From Eledone cirrhosa (Eukaryota), in the NCBI GenBank assembly GCA_964016885.1, contig OZ024746.1:82212001-82276000 (forward strand): a stretch of DNA of 64,000 bases. Direction: 5' to 3'. Shown here in pieces: positions 1 through 14,278 of this stretch. Within the stretch, counting starts at the first letter, position 1. Every line of letters begins with the position of its first letter. The notes below the pieces were generated by a model that was not told the origin of the DNA, made no database searches, and saw nothing but the letters and a program-made list of their open reading frames with translations. The position numbers and the translations under genes were made by a program.

Positions 1-651
1 TCCAAAGTGTGTGAGAGATCTCCCCGTCGGACGGGGAGAGTTGACACGTCTGCCTCATAGTTGTTATAAATCCAACTCGTAATTATTATACAATTCAGTA
101 TTTACATATTTATATATTTAAATTTGAAAAAGGAAAACAATGATAGAAATAATCTACTATTGTCTAAGTTTCGAAGAAAAACAATCGTTGCAAGAAGCTT
201 ATATATGATAATGTACGAAATTTACCAAAATGAAATATCAAGTCTATGGATATAGCTATTAATACAGCATCATCAAAAATGCAATGCGTATTCACGGCTA
301 CACTGAATATCTTTAAAGGGTTATCATTGTATTTTTCCACTGAGAATACTTTCATACAAAATATATTTCTAAATTTTCTCATATCTACAAATGTAGAATT
401 GACAGAATTGTGGATAAAAAAAAAAAAATACTGACAATCTTCATTTGTCAAATCAAAAAACATAGAATGGTAAAACATATTTCTCGGAGAGTTCCGAATC
501 AAAAGTTTGACAGACGACGAAGTGATTATGATTCCCAATCTAAATATTTTTATCTAGATCTAGTAATTTTTGCTTGTGCCTAAATTAAACCATTCAGATT
601 ATTATTTTCTAAATTATTTTACTTGATTGTCATATAATTTAGTGAAATATA

Positions 652-1230
652 TCTATATATATATAACTGAGGATGTCTGTCTGTGTGGGTGTGAGTTTGA
701 ATCTCTAAAACTAGAGAACCACCCAACCGACTGTTTTCAAACATTACACATGTAATACTTATGTTTCAGGGAGTGTTCTGAGCAAAAAAGATTTAAAATT
801 TGTAATGCCCTAGGGACCGCATTGGGCGATTTAGCGATCTCTCTCCATAATTCTTAGTCTTTCTCTTTTTAGATAGATACATACATATAACGTCGCGCCC
901 TTATAATATCTGTCTGTATGTCTGACTGTCTGCATTACGTCACTTCGCACAATTCGACGCACCCTTATAATATCTGTCTGTATGTCTGGCTACCAGCTGC
1001 CTCCGGTTATTCCGCCACCCTTGCTCAAGACAAATCTCACACTCATTCCCCAAACAGTTGGTAAGAGCACACAACTTCTTCCTCACGTTTTAAGCGACAG
1101 TGTTGCTTACTTACGTACTACCAGACCCTTACTTCTTTGCCAGCCGTGGTTGTGGCAATACTAAGCTTAGCTAAGACGGTTATATATTTCACAATACCTT
1201 ATCCCGTGCAACGCCGGGTACCACTGCTAG
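652..1230 (+). mobile_element. Non-autonomous Helitron
   Basis: Starts A|TCTATATAT at 652 and ends with the GC hairpin CCCGTGCAACGCCGGG (1203-1218) then CTAG|T at 1227-1230. It sits between A and T with no TSD. Internal short repeat cccttataatatctgtctgtatgtct occurs twice. Confidence 0.8.
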
Positions 1231-1779
1231 TATTTTATAAAATAGTTCGTTTAAAATATTGTATAAAGAAGATGTGTCACTCGAACAAAATGGAACTTGT
1301 TATAGACTGTGATCAAAACGACGTTTCACTGTGATCAAACTTGAAATACCGGTGTCAGAGTGCTGCATTTGTTTTGCCAATTATTGTAATTCTGTTTTCT
1401 TTCATTCATTCAATTCATTCCTTCTATTTTCGTTCGTCTTCATCTTCATATTTGTTCTATTTTCCTTTATTCTACCCGTCAATATGCCAAAATTCAAATA
1501 ATACAAGCAAACATTTTGGAAATGGTTGATAAATGATGTGACAACTCAAAAGCAGGCAAATGCAGCCCACGGAGATGAGAATAATGTCCATTACAAGTAC
1601 GGTAAAGGTGATTTGAAAGTAAAATATCATATCAAGATTTGAAGCAATATACACAGAATGAATAGCATAAGAATGCGTTGCCATTGAAAATTGTTGTCCT
1701 TTTAACTTCTATTTTCAAAGCTAGTAATAATACTGAATCATCAAAAATCGAAGAAGCAATAGCTATATTGTTATTCTAG

Positions 1780-2150
1780 ATGTGCGGTGTGACTACTGAG
1801 GATGATGTCAACTCAACTGAACTCCTGAAAAGACTGCTGATCGACGACCTCGAGAATGTGCTTCATAGGAGACGCATGCGCAGGTACTGCCGTCGAGCGC
1901 AGTAAGGGCTGAATCAGCAAAGTGATGAATGTAGATCCAGGAGGCAGTCGAGGCCCAGGAAGACAAAAAAAGGACTTGGATGGAGGATATCTGTCGGGAT
2001 CATCAAGGCTTGGCCTGGCCCAAGTGAGACTGGCGGACAGAAATATATGGAGCGGGACGCTAAGGAGCGCTGTCAGGCATGACCCACCCCCTACTTAGGG
2101 ATTAATTGTGTCCTGCATAATCAAAAACTGGATGATGATGATGATGATGA
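1780..2150 (+). mobile_element. Decayed 3' end of an RTE/RTEX-type LINE
   Basis: Broken translation CGV..LHRRRMR..GSRGPGR..TW resembles the RTE C-terminal LRWxGHxxR..GRPxxxW region. It ends in a (GAT)n tail at 2131-2150. Confidence 0.55.
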
Positions 2151-2303
2151 TTCTGCAATTGCCAACTGTGACCATATGTTTAATGCGGTTGAAAACATTA
2201 TTTGTGATATTAAGATTATTAACTGCATAAGGTGAATCGTGTGAAGGGAGCAAACATTGTAAGCAATATTCTGTATTCATAACTTAACAAGTAACATAGA
2301 TAA

Positions 2304-2483
2304 TAATTGTTTCTACTTTTGGCACAAGGCCAGCAATTATCCCAGTGTATTACTGGTACTTTATTTTATCGACCCCTTAAGGATGAAAGGCAAAGTTAAC
2401 CTCGGCGGGTTTTGAACTCAGTCCGTAAAGGGACGTAACTGTGCTGCAAAGCATGGCGTCCGACCCTCTACCGATACTGTTAA
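2304..2483 (-). mobile_element. tRNA-derived SINE, dominant family of this window
   Basis: Reverse complement of the family consensus: A-box-like head, GAGTTCAAA B-box, core TTGCCTTTCATCCTT..GGGGTCGATAAAATAAAGTACCAG, tail GCTGGCCTTGTGCCAAAAGTAGAAACAATTA. Confidence 0.85.
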
Positions 2484-2859
2484 TAATAAATTTTGCTTAT
2501 TATTTGACGAATCTAATAATTGTTTTCTTTGTTTTCGCAAGTACTGGAGGGGAGGTGGAAGCATTTCTGAACGGGGCGGGGGCACAAATTCGGTCAATTT
2601 AGTTGTAGTGATTAGTTTAGCTGTTTTTATCAAATATCAACCAACATATAAAAAAAACTTTGATATGCGATAAACATAACATGTACATAAATTGTAGCGT
2701 ATATACAAATAGATGTGTGTTTTGGTAGTTTGGGGAGAAAAATATATTTATTTGTGGGGGGGACATGCCCCTTGACTGCCACACCTACCCACGCCCATCC
2801 ACACCCACCACACATCAGGTTCACCACCTCTGACTATATGTAACAACAAGAACAAAGTA

Positions 2860-4520
2860 TTATCTACCTCTCTTGAACTTATTCAGATGGATAAGTGTGG
2901 TGCTGAAGATATAGTGAAAACATGTAAAAAAAAAACTGTTGGTGTGTAAGAAATTTGATTTTTATGCATCTTACAGCAATTGGTTCTGGTAATAGGAGCG
3001 TGATTGGAGATGTTAACATGAGTGTTTATGTCAAATTACAAGAAGATATTCATTCTTAAATTTTAATAACTACATGAAATTAAATTATCACATGGTTCTT
3101 TTAAATATTTACTGAACAATTTAGAATTTCTTATGACTGAAATGCATAAGATATCTGCCAGACAACATCATTATAGTGAAGTATTAAATAATGGCAAAGT
3201 TTTTATTATTGCAACATTAAGGGCGGTGGATTGGCAGTATCGGTAGAGGGTCGGGGGCCATGCTTTGCAGCATAGAGTTACGGCCCTTTATTATCTGAGT
3301 TCAAATCCCGCCGAGGTTAACTTTGCCTTTCGTCCTTACTGGGTCGATAAAATAAAGTACCACTCACGCACTGGGGGCGATTTAATCGACTTTCCCCCAC
3401 TCCCCCAAAATCGCTGGCCTTGTGCCTATATAAGAAACCATTATTACAAAATTATATAGTTGTCTATCCAACTAGCTGTTTTAAAAGCAGTAATTTAATG
3501 ACTGGAGTGGAAGACATACTTTGAAATAACAAGACTAAGTTAAAAGCGTTTTGTTGCTGAGGTTTTATTTGAAATTTACTCATGAGACAAAGTGATATTC
3601 CTTCTCTTTTTATATACCATCTGAAATGAAGCACATACATTAAACAGGCCATTTGAATCTAGAAATATTGATGGCGTTCAATGACTGAATGATCTCGCTG
3701 TGGTCTTTAAATTAATAAGAAATGAATTAATGCAGCCAGCTTGTAACACTGACGTGTTCACTTTTCATACATTTGAATATTTGGACCTAAAACCATATCA
3801 TGTACATCAATTTGGATTTCAAATTGATGATTTAAAAATAAGACAACGTCTATCTAAAAATGAAGAAAGCTTTTTTCAGAAAGTATTCTTAAGATTTTCT
3901 CCTCTAATTATTTAAACAGTTGAAGCAGAGCCTCCCTAAACTTTTGTTATCAGATTTTGAAACCATCTTTTCTTTTAAGAATATATGAATATACTCTAAC
4001 CTTTAAAGGATATACTCGAATATTTTGAAATATATTTCTGATAATAATATGGCAGAAGCAGAATAATAATTAAGCGAAATAAAGCTGGTCGACTGGAAAA
4101 ACACAACACAGACTGAAGTCGTTTGGAGTGAAGTGAAACAATCTAAAGATGCCTTCGGAAATAATCCATTTTGTAAACTGTTTGAATGTGTCATGTCAAT
4201 GTTAACTTAGAAAGAGTGTTCAGTAAAATCTAATCTTAGAAATAAAGGGAAATGTAACCTCTTTTAACGCCTACGGAACCAATCCAATTTGTAGACGTTT
4301 TGAATCTGCTATGTCTGTACTAATAATATTCAATTCAAATATTCGCGTAGAAAGAGCGTGCGTTCAGTGCTGTGAATTATATAAAATCTAAACTTAAAAA
4401 TAAAAGGAAATTTAACCTCCTTAATGCTCTCCTTGCAATGAAATTTGGGAAAAGGAACACTGTTCAACTTGGCAGCTCCCCGGTGTAATTTTAAAAGAAA
4501 TTGGAACTCCTAAATTATAT
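2860..4520 (+). pseudogene. Highly decayed hAT-family transposase
   Basis: Fragmentary frames read LELIQMDKCGAEDIVKTC, LTAIGSGN..VYVKLQEDI, NLEFLM, FESRNIDG and WSEVKQSKDAFGNNPFCKL..ERVFS..KSNLRNK, the last matching the hAT C-terminal dimerisation pattern. Many stops and frameshifts. Interrupted by a SINE at 3221-3446. Confidence 0.65.
3221..3446 (+). mobile_element. tRNA-derived SINE, long-tail variant
   Basis: GGGCGGTGGATTGGCAGTATCGGTAGAG head, GAGTTCAAATCC B-box, conserved core and tail. Confidence 0.85.
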
Positions 4521-4681
4521 CAGAATCATTATCATATGCAGATTCACCTCGTCGACCCTGTCAAATTCTTCCATTGCATTTTATGAGACAGCTATTACTA
4601 AGAAATGCATTTGCCTACATTTGTTTTAATAAACAAGATGCCATAAATTACGATTTACTATTTAAATAATTTTTACCTAGA

Positions 4682-5163
4682 CTAGCAGAAAAACCACCCT
4701 TCAGGTGGTTTTCTGCTAGCATGTGTAGTGTGCATATTGATATTATACGCAAGTATATATGCATGTAGATATGATACATCAAATAAAATCGTAATTGACA
4801 ATATACACAGAAATTGAACGAAGACTGCGTTACACTCTCTTATGTAATCAGTAACGTAGTCCATGATACATTAAAAAAGACGATATTATATATAAACTGC
4901 ATTAGGAGAAAATTAGTGACGGAAATATATGAACGTTTCTTTAAGCGATCGCTAACCGGAAGTGTTGACATTTGAAAATTTTAAAGAAGTGAATCTTTAA
5001 ATAAGCAATAAAATATATTTAATCAACAGCTAGGAAATTTAGTAGATAAATTATGTAATATTCATTCATTATTTATTCAAAGTAATCCAACTTATTTTAC
5101 TAACTGGATTAAAAGAAATAAACCGTACGCAGTCCCGCACTCCTTACTTTATTATAGTTTAGA
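4682..5163 (-). mobile_element. Non-autonomous Helitron
   Basis: The minus strand starts A|TCTAAACTATAATAAAAG at 5163 and ends with the hairpin ACCACC-TGAAG-GGTGGT then CTAG|T at 4682. Confidence 0.75.
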
Positions 5164-6003
5164 TGTATATTGGATCAGAGTTTGTAAAATTTATATTCTT
5201 CTAGATATAATTTGTTTCGTTTCTATATTACCAGTGATAGCTATAAAAGTGACAGGACAATTCAGCAACAACTCAGCGTACACCTCTATCTTCTAAAATA
5301 TATATCTCGTCTGATTTTGCGTCATATTTAAGAAGAGAATCCACGTCTTCTCAGAATGTGTTATTAGTATCAGCTGTGTTTGTTATCGAATGTGCATAAC
5401 TACTGATATAGGTTACTATGTATAGAGTAACTTTTATCATTCTAAATCTTACAATTACTCATTTTTGTTCGTCTAATTAGTTTTTTGCAACGTTACTTCA
5501 TACCTGCAAAACCTATAAAAACGTGCATCAATACTGCAGTCATATCAATGAAAAGATAATTAAGAATAAATTATACAATTTAAAATACAGACACTAATTA
5601 TATTTAAATATTTCAATATACCTAATTTTTATTCCATATCATGTTTATATCTAAGTATTTCAATAGAAACAGATTTCAAAACATTATTTCTAACAATTGA
5701 CCGTTTCCAAATTTGCTACTAAGCATTTGTTTTTTGAAAAAATTAATTATGTGTTTATAATATCGTTACATCTATCTAGATTGAATCAAAACAACTCACT
5801 GTTTCATCAGTATTATTTATTTTACAATCAAATGTTAAACCAGACGGAAATAAATCAGTTTAATTTGGAAATGAAAGAAAGCCATGGGATAAAATGTACA
5901 AACAAATTATAGAAAATTAAAAATAATTATAATTACACTTACAAATGTTATGTGTATTTTATCACTTTATTTTTTTATTGTATACATACAAACATATATA
6001 TAT

Positions 6004-6008
<5 letters not shown>

Positions 6009-6084
<76 letters not shown>

Positions 6085-6109
6085 TGTGTCTGTGTGTGTG
6101 TGTGTGTGT
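6009..6109. repeat. (TG)n microsatellite
   Basis: About 100 bp near-pure TG repeat. Confidence 0.98.
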
Positions 6110-8629
6110 AGCTAATTCAGTTTGATCTCACGATATGACTTTCATTTGATTTCATTTGATTTTTGACAAAACCTCAGATAATAAAGGACTAAATCACAAC
6201 AATCTAACAATATAGAGATATGTTTTGATGAGTTCTTTTGAAGATAATAGTTATACTTCAAGATGTCAATATCAAAGAAAATCGAAATAGTCGTTTATTT
6301 ACAAAGTGGATCTTGGCTCGGAGTAAATTTTCGAGAAGCTGGTTTCCATGCCAGTAACTATCCTTCGATAAATATGTCATTTAGAAGAAAAATGTTAAGA
6401 ATGTATTTTTTTTTTTTTTTTCTAGTGCAATAAATCAGGATATGTAAGATTCGTCGTGAGACAAGAGATGCTTTAAACACAATGAAACAAAAATACTAAA
6501 AATGAAAGACAACCTAGTCATATGAAGGAGGTGGTAGTTTGTTGCCGTAGCAGACTTCAATCTCTGTTGGCCCCCTGCCACTGCACAAAAAGATTTTAAA
6601 AAACATTTCTAAATATCCAGACACATGTACAACATTTCAGAGCAGTACTACATCTTAAAAATAACATCTTCCCCAGGACACGTAAGTATAAGAAACGTGT
6701 ACACATAGTATTAGCTGCAATATCAATAGGTTCACTAGCACAATCGCTGTTGGTATGCATATCTCCAACAATAGGTAGAGATGAACGGCAGCTGTTACGC
6801 TTTGATTAAGCCGTCTTGTCCATCTCTACCATGGCCACCACCAAAATCAAATGGAGTACAGAAATGGACTAAAGAGTTGAGAGAGTACGATGTATTCAAA
6901 CTGTCACATTGTCCCTCATTTGAATCATCACTACATATCGAATTGTGCAGTGTGTTCGGACTCATGGCATAACTCTTAAGATGGATTTGCGAGTAGTGCT
7001 CCGTCGGTCGGCCGACAAATTGCGAGCTATAGGGCCGCTCGATCGTGACTAACCTGGGCCTACATCACAACTACATTTTTTTTTTAATCAATATTGTGAT
7101 ATAAAATGTTTTTTCTTCATAATGTATGTTTTGTTTTTATTTGTTTCAACATTTTTAAAGAATAAAACTCACACATGTAGTGTAAAATTATATATCATTT
7201 TAAAGCTTATTTCATGCTTTTTCTTTCTATGTAATCCATTTTTATATAAATTTTTGCAAATTTTCAGACTTTTGAAATTAAGACGTCAAAACAGGATTTT
7301 CGACAAATTCATTTTTATGAGCTTAAGCTGTTACTTTCATGGTGATCATTTGACAACTCAGCTCAATAAAGTTTATTATAGACTTAGATGTGTCATTTTA
7401 AAATTAATGTTTAAAAAACTACCTTGATTTCTAAATAATCTGATGGAAAAAGAACAATTATGTTTCGACTGTTTAATTCAATTTCAAGCAACTAATAAAA
7501 TAAATCATCGAGTCAAACAAATGAAAGATAATATTTTTATTCAAAGATATAATAACAAATATTTTACGAAATGAATCCAATTGGTTTCTTAAATTATAAG
7601 GAATTAAATCTGATACTATTGATATTTTGTGCTTATGAATGTCTATTCTGATTTAATGTTTATTATTTCCAACTGTCTATTCTAAATAAACACCAAATGA
7701 ATTAAAAACGTCAACTAAGGGAAAATCTTCAAATGAAGGAATGATTTCAGAGGCCGTACAAATAAAAAGATAACGTTCGTTAAAATTAAAACATGTAAAC
7801 CAATTTGTTTACGAATTTCATAACATCTTTTAGCAATAATAAAGTACTGTTTTGATTTTCTTTATAAGCTTACATACTACAGTATCAGTATTTCAAATAA
7901 AGAAGATGTAACAAGGAAAATGTTATGACTTGAAGTAAACAAGTTAAACAATAATGAAAAGGGTTATTTTCCCCTGTATATTTTCTGTGGAAGTTTGCAT
8001 TGATAAAACCCAACAGAGTTTACAGCTTCTAAAATTGTTGTACGAAGGGACTTTTTAGGCACCGTCCGGCACCAAATTGTTTAAGAGTTCTACTGTGTGT
8101 TCTCTAAAGTGTTTTTTTTTTGTTCTTTTTTGTAATGCCCAGACAAGCAGCATCAAATGGCTGTGGAACAATGAAGATGCTAGTAATCAACGTGGATGCG
8201 CCCAACTCAGAGATTGCTACGATTGTGACTCGGATTTGAAGGACCGTACTTAATCTATTGATATTAATTTAAAAATTGTAAACAATAATTTTAGACTATA
8301 TATAGGCAGGAAAAGGAAAAACAAAGGTAAAGAAATGGGAATGTATTTGTATAAGACAATAAATCCATCGATCACTTTTCAAAGGGTAAATGAGTATATT
8401 TGTCTTGTTGTTTATAACTAAGTTCACATTGTTGGCATTATAAGTAATGTTATGATGTTTTAATGTTATCTAATATATTCAGGGCTTTCTCGCTCCTGCT
8501 GGAGGAACCCCTCCCTGGTTGACCTCCACTGCTTTTTGTTTAGTTTTGTCCATGTTAGAGATGTGGCCGTACTCACCACGCTTGGCTATTCACGGGTTGG
8601 TGACTCTATTTAACTCATAGTTAGGGTAG

Positions 8630-8850
8630 ATGGCTGTTGACTCTGAGGAGTTCATCTGAGGATGTTAAGAGAGACGCGTTGAAATAGCCATTCCAACTCA
8701 CGGGGATCACTTCTGTGCGTGGCCAACTCCGCCCCGATACTAGAGAGTAGGAAGGTGGTCCGGGAACCAAGAATACCTGAAGTCTCGACTGCTATAGGTT
8801 CGACCATAAATCTATCGAAGAGCAGCCGATAGTGTTGTTCAAAGTGTAAG
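8630..8850 (-). mobile_element. 3' fragment of a CRE-like RLE non-LTR retrotransposon
   Basis: ORF 8652-8870 reads EPIAVETSGILG..DPRELEWLFQRVSLNILR, matching the PIAVETxGxxG..LFQRIS..RGN end of CRE-type RLE domains. Confidence 0.65.
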
Positions 8851-9884
8851 GAGTGGATGAGAATTGTCATGCTACCTAACAGATGCCTGATAGGTTTTTA
8901 CATCGAAATCTCATCCTAGTCGTTAAATAAAGTGCTAGAAATATGTATGCTAGATTTATTTTCACGCAACTATGTCTCTACTCCTACAGCGATTGTCTTT
9001 CTGTCAAGCCTTAAAAGAAGGGGGCTTGGCGGATGTATGTGTGTCAATGTATGACTGAAAGTGGTTGGGTTTCGTCCTAAATCTTTTAAATCATAATCAA
9101 TTTTCCATTGCAAGTGATACCGCAGAACGCAAAATACATTCCTGGCTTGAAGAGTCACGACCCGGTATCGATTCTCGGGCGTAACCATGCTGCTTCACCT
9201 TTTCTTACACCATTTATGTTCTTGAGAAATGTGCAAATTTTATAATATCCGATTGTCACTTCCTTATAAATTTCTACCTTTGTATCGAGATAAGAAATTA
9301 ATTTTATTTGCTGATATTGCCTTCGGGTATACTAGAAGGCTATCAAGTATTTATAACATATAAACCAAAATAAAAACAGAGAATGTAATTTATATTCATT
9401 GATAGCTGGCAGATACCTCAGAGATGTTTGAGTTTAGCGCTTCACTTGAAATTATATCAATACTAACGTGTAGTATCTACAATGTAGATTGAAACAAGGG
9501 AAAGTGAAGCGTTAAATTCAATTATTTTCCTTATAGCCAAGCAAAAACCAAATAACGGTATTTCAGTTTGGATTTACTTAAAATATTTGTTCGAACATAT
9601 TTTTTTTTTTTATATATATTAATATTACTGCTGCTACTGCTGCTTTTGCTGTCATCGTTGTCGTCACCGGCGTCATCGATCATGTTCTGTATATCTTATT
9701 TTAAATGGTTTTCAGAATCATCATATCGTTTGTTTTGTTTTGTTTCTTTGTTTTTTTTTTGTTGTTTTTTTTTTTGGGGGGGGGGGGGGCTAATCTTCTT
9801 TCTTGTGATATAATAAGAATCGATCGACTTTCATCAAATCGGACCGAGGAAACGATGTTTTCGTCAGTCTTTCCAATTGCTAAT

Positions 9885-10035
9885 ACTATCTATCGGTCAC
9901 AACTCCAGGTAGAAGGAGCAATGTGAAATAAAGTGTTTTGCTCAAAGACATAACGCATCGCTCGGTCCAGGAATCGAACTCACAACCTCAAGATTGTGAA
10001 TCCAATTCTCTAACCACTCAGCCACACGACTTCAC
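9885..10035 (-). mobile_element. Second tRNA-derived SINE family
   Basis: Minus strand shows GTGGCTGAGTGGTTAGAG (A-box) and GAGTTCGATTCC (B-box), followed by GTCTTTGAGCAAAACACTTTATTTCACATTGCT. Confidence 0.7.
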
Positions 10036-10039
10036 GAAT

Positions 10040-10371
<332 letters not shown>

Positions 10372-10968
10372 AATATGCGAATGAATACCTTCAGAAAATT
10401 GGGCGGCTGTTATAAAAGCCTTTTATGGGAGATCGAGATGAGAATGATGATGATGATGAGGAGGAGGAGGAGGAGGAGGAGAAGAAGAAGAAGAAGAAGA
10501 AGAAGAAGATCGCATCATCATCACTGTCATCATCAACACCGTCACCATTACCTTTATTATCGTCATCATCATCATCATCATGAGATAATATACCCCGTAA
10601 TAATGGAATGGAGCAATTACTGGATTAATAAAACTGAAATTATGGATATGTGAAAAACCAAATGAGTGTACCGAAAGACTAGAATGATGAGACTGTGTAA
10701 AAAGGTGATAATATCGCTGAATCCATAGAAGATATTTTCTGACGTTTTATCACCTTGATCAAAATCTAGAGGAGAACCTTCTATATGATCGCCCGGTCTG
10801 CTAGAAATAGCAACAAAAACTTCCTTAAAACAAACACTGTTGATTTAAAAACAGAATCATTGAATGATGTTTTACTATTGCTGGGGCATACAAAATGACT
10901 GTATGGAGGGTAATGTCTTGAATAACTCATATGTTCACCCGATCAAGGCTTCCGTGTGGTTAAACAAG

Positions 10969-11562
10969 TCTTCTTCTTCTTCTTCTTCTTCTTCTTCTTC
11001 TTCTTCTTCTTCTTCTTCTTCTTCTTCTTCTTCTTCTTCTTCTTTGCCTTCTTCTTCTTCTTCTTCTTCTTCTTCTTCTTCTTCTTCTTCTTCTTCTTCT
11101 GCCATTTACTCCTGAGAGGGTCGCGGGGGCAGAGTCCTCAAATACTCCCTCCGACGGGTCTTGTCAGAAGCAACCATCTCCAACTGATCCAGCTGGATCC
11201 CCAAGCGTGACCAGCCAAACTCATGGATGTTATCCAACCACCTTGCTCGGAGTCTACCCCTGGGTCTCCTACCGGTTGGTTTCGCCCGTAAAATCTGTCC
11301 AGTGATTCTTCCCTGAGACATTCTAACCCAGTGGTTCTCAACGAGTGTGTCGCGGCACATAGGTGTGCCGCGAAATCTTCCCAAGTGTGCCGCGAAATTT
11401 TGAACGGCACACTAAGAACAAAAATATTATATATATTTATCCAGGTGTGCCGTTATTTTTTCATGTGTTCCAAGGTGTGCCGTTGGCAAAAAAAAAAGGC
11501 TGAGAAACACTGTTCTAACCACATGCCTATAGTATTGGAGCTATGATCTCTCAATTCGGAGA
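10969..11562 (-). mobile_element. 3' fragment of an RTEX-type LINE with (GAA)n tail, interrupted by a hAT MITE
   Basis: After removing the MITE the minus frame reads LRIERS*LQYYRHVVRMSQGRITGQILRAKPTGRRPRGRLRARWLDNI..LPPRP. The tail is (TTC)n on plus at 10969-11100. Confidence 0.75.
11329..11512. mobile_element. hAT (Charlie-like) MITE
   Basis: TIRs CAGTGGTTCTCA / TGAGAAACACTG with a perfect 8-bp TSD TTCTAACC at 11321-11328 and 11513-11520. Confidence 0.9.
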
Positions 11563-12165
11563 AAATTCACTCACTCAACAACTTATTTACGGCGACAATA
11601 CTTTATTAGAATTCTTTAATTCCGGAGCAAATAATAACTTTTCAATAATTCCTACGCACAACTGTCATCCTTTGACATTCAGAATTAGTATTATTTGAAA
11701 AAGAAGAAAAATATCCAGCTGATAAGAATTTCGTTTAATGTTCAGTTACGTGTCACATTTGACAACAACAAAAATAATAATGAAAGTGTTGTTGTTGAAC
11801 GGAGAAACAGCAACCACAACAATAAATGAATAGACGAATAAATAAATGCAATAAATATAATAAAATGGATCTATTTCGTTGGATGAACTACGGAAATATC
11901 ATTTCTATTAATAAAAATTTGTTTTCCCTATCCTCTGTGCTTACGAAAACATATTCACCGAGTGCGTTTTGATAGTGTAAATGTGTAAATGATAAATAAT
12001 ATATATGTATGTATGTATTTGTATGTTGTATGTATGTATTATGTATGTACGTATGTATGTATGTGTGTATGTATGTACTTATGTATGTATGTATGTATGT
12101 ATGTATGTATGTATTTACTTATGTATGTATGTATGTATGTATGTATGTATGTATGTATGTATGTG

Positions 12166-13545
12166 TGTAAGTTCTTCTGGTTTTATAATTTCACAAATTT
12201 TTGCCAATAGAGAGAGAGTCGGTTTCTAACATAGACACAAGACTCTCTCATTGGAATTTACACAACATTAACTAGGTAGATATGTATGCATGTCTGCATG
12301 CATACATGTGTAGATATGGATGTTATTGTATGTGTGGATGTGTATGTTTTGAGTTGTATGTGTGCATGTGTATATGCTTTGTATCTGTACATGTGTATAT
12401 GCAGTTATTAGATGCTAAATTTTTGGAATGTTTTACAGATTTTTACTGTTCCATTAATGGATTGTACTTGTAATTTCCTAACTAGTTGTGTTCTTTCTGT
12501 TCCTGTGAAGTCCAGCTTCTCAAGATTTGTATCGAGGCTGTTACTAACATATCACAGGCATAAATCTGAAGGTATAATCAGGATGGAGTATCTGCAGATT
12601 TCTCATCAGTTCTGCATAAATATTCTCATTTTCGCTAATCTTTGATATTATATTGACATTTGCTGGACAGCTAACTTCCACTACTGTGCATGCCTTCTTT
12701 TCCCTGTCCCATATCATAATATCTGGTCTGTTATGCCTGCATTTTATTGGGGTTTTTACTGGAACATTCCACCAGTACTCTTTCATATTATGTATGTATG
12801 TCTTCCACATTGCTGTAGCTTTTAATATGTTTATTATCGGGGCTATCTTTTCTACGGATTGCATTGTACAGTGTTTTGGCCACTACATCATGCCTCATAA
12901 GTAGATAGTACCGCGATTACATCTTTGGACAGCTGCTGATGACATGGGTGACATCTTCGATGTTAATTCTGCAGAGTCTGCACTTGTTATCATATCTAGG
13001 TGTTTTGCCTGCATCCCTATATCTTTTGTGAATCAGGTATTTCGTGTTGATTTCCTGTTCTTGGATTGCAAACCCATATCCTTCAAAATGAGAGCCAATA
13101 TATCGGTTGTTGGTCCAAGATAAACTACTTTGCTTATCTATATTACTCTTATTTTGAAGCTGTCTGGCAATATCGCTATGCAAGGTTTTTTTTTTTTTTG
13201 CTGATAAGCATGCTGCTTTTCATCCACGGATTTATTACGGTATTGCAGCGCAATTTTCCTGGGTGGGGGTTTTTAGTTATAATGTAGGGAGTATTTTTCA
13301 ATGAGCTCCTTCCGAACTCTCACGATGTCATCTGCCTCATAAAGACAGACTTGTTCTATAGATGGGTTTCTACTCTTAGAGGTTAGTGGATGTCGGAGGG
13401 ATCTGATGCGACACGCAAATGCTGTTTGAACTGAATTTAAGGCTCTGCCTCCCTGTTTACGTTTGTGGTACAGGCAGTCTATGTCACTGTTTATTCCACG
13501 TAGTCTAGTATAGAAAATGTCTATTTTCCAGTCCAGAACAGTTTG
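12166..13545 (-). mobile_element. 5'-truncated R4-like RLE LINE, family B, followed by (CATA)n
   Basis: Frames show DIDCLYHKRKQGGR, FAIQEQEINTK, the zinc knuckle CRLC..HVISSC, RHD, the RLE core HNRPDIMIWD..VEVSCP and C-terminal GTVKICKTF. (TATG)n on plus lies at 12005-12165. Confidence 0.85.
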
Positions 13546-13643
13546 GAAAAAAATATTTAAAATGTTACACGATAAAGATTAATAATAAGTGAAGTTTGAC
13601 GTGGTGAAAAGATAATTCAATAACGGGTCAAATAGCTAACATT

Positions 13644-13818
13644 CGGTGGATTGGCAGTGTCGGTAGAGGGTCAGACGTATAGAGTTGCGGCCCTTGCCAT
13701 TCTGAGTTCAAATCCCGCCGAGGTTAACTTTGTCTTTCATCCTTACGGGGTCGATAAAATAAAGTACCAGTAATGCACTGGGTAATTGCTGGCCTTGTGC
13801 CAAAAGTAGAAACAATTA
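13644..13818 (+). mobile_element. tRNA-derived SINE
   Basis: Matches the family consensus head, core and tail. Confidence 0.85.
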
Positions 13819-14083
13819 TCTGAGGTGAGCTGTTATCTCTTACTATGAAGCTGAAAGGATGAAACGTAAAGCTAACGACGGCTGGATTTGAACTCAGGGT
13901 GAAGGCAGTCGTAACGAATACTGCAACTGAATTTCACTCACATCGCATAGGACAACCCGAGGCTACGGTAAATTACATTTGCCCAAGATGTCTCACAGTG
14001 AAATCAAATCCGGGACTTAAAGATTGCAATAGCGAACTTCTAAACTAATCGACCATGATGTATCCACATCTTATATGTAAATA

Positions 14084-14278
14084 CAGACCTGCGAACCTCT
14101 AAAAACCCAAACGGGGAGCACCATGAAAAAAGGTGCCCCAAAACGGGAAGAAATGAGGCAAAATGAGGAGATTTTACATAATGAAAGCTATACCCATTTT
14201 TACAAGAGAAGACATCTCTCATCCACCTCAAAATGGGTGGGAGATCTCCTCGTCGGACGGGAAGAGTTGACAGGTCTG
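14084..14278. mobile_element. DNA-transposon MITE
   Basis: Imperfect TIRs CAGACCTGCGAACCTCT / AGAGTTGACAGGTCTG flanked by the direct repeat TAAATA. The same right end occurs at 15-50. Confidence 0.65.

Noticed and set aside
164-538. 124-aa minus-strand ORF
   Set aside because: AT-rich, with no recognisable domain.
3221-3310. tRNA gene calls at SINE heads
   Set aside because: A/B boxes run into SINE core sequence, with no complete cloverleaf.
6423-7070. Possible decayed coding or DNA-transposon segment
   Set aside because: No identifiable motif or termini in any frame.
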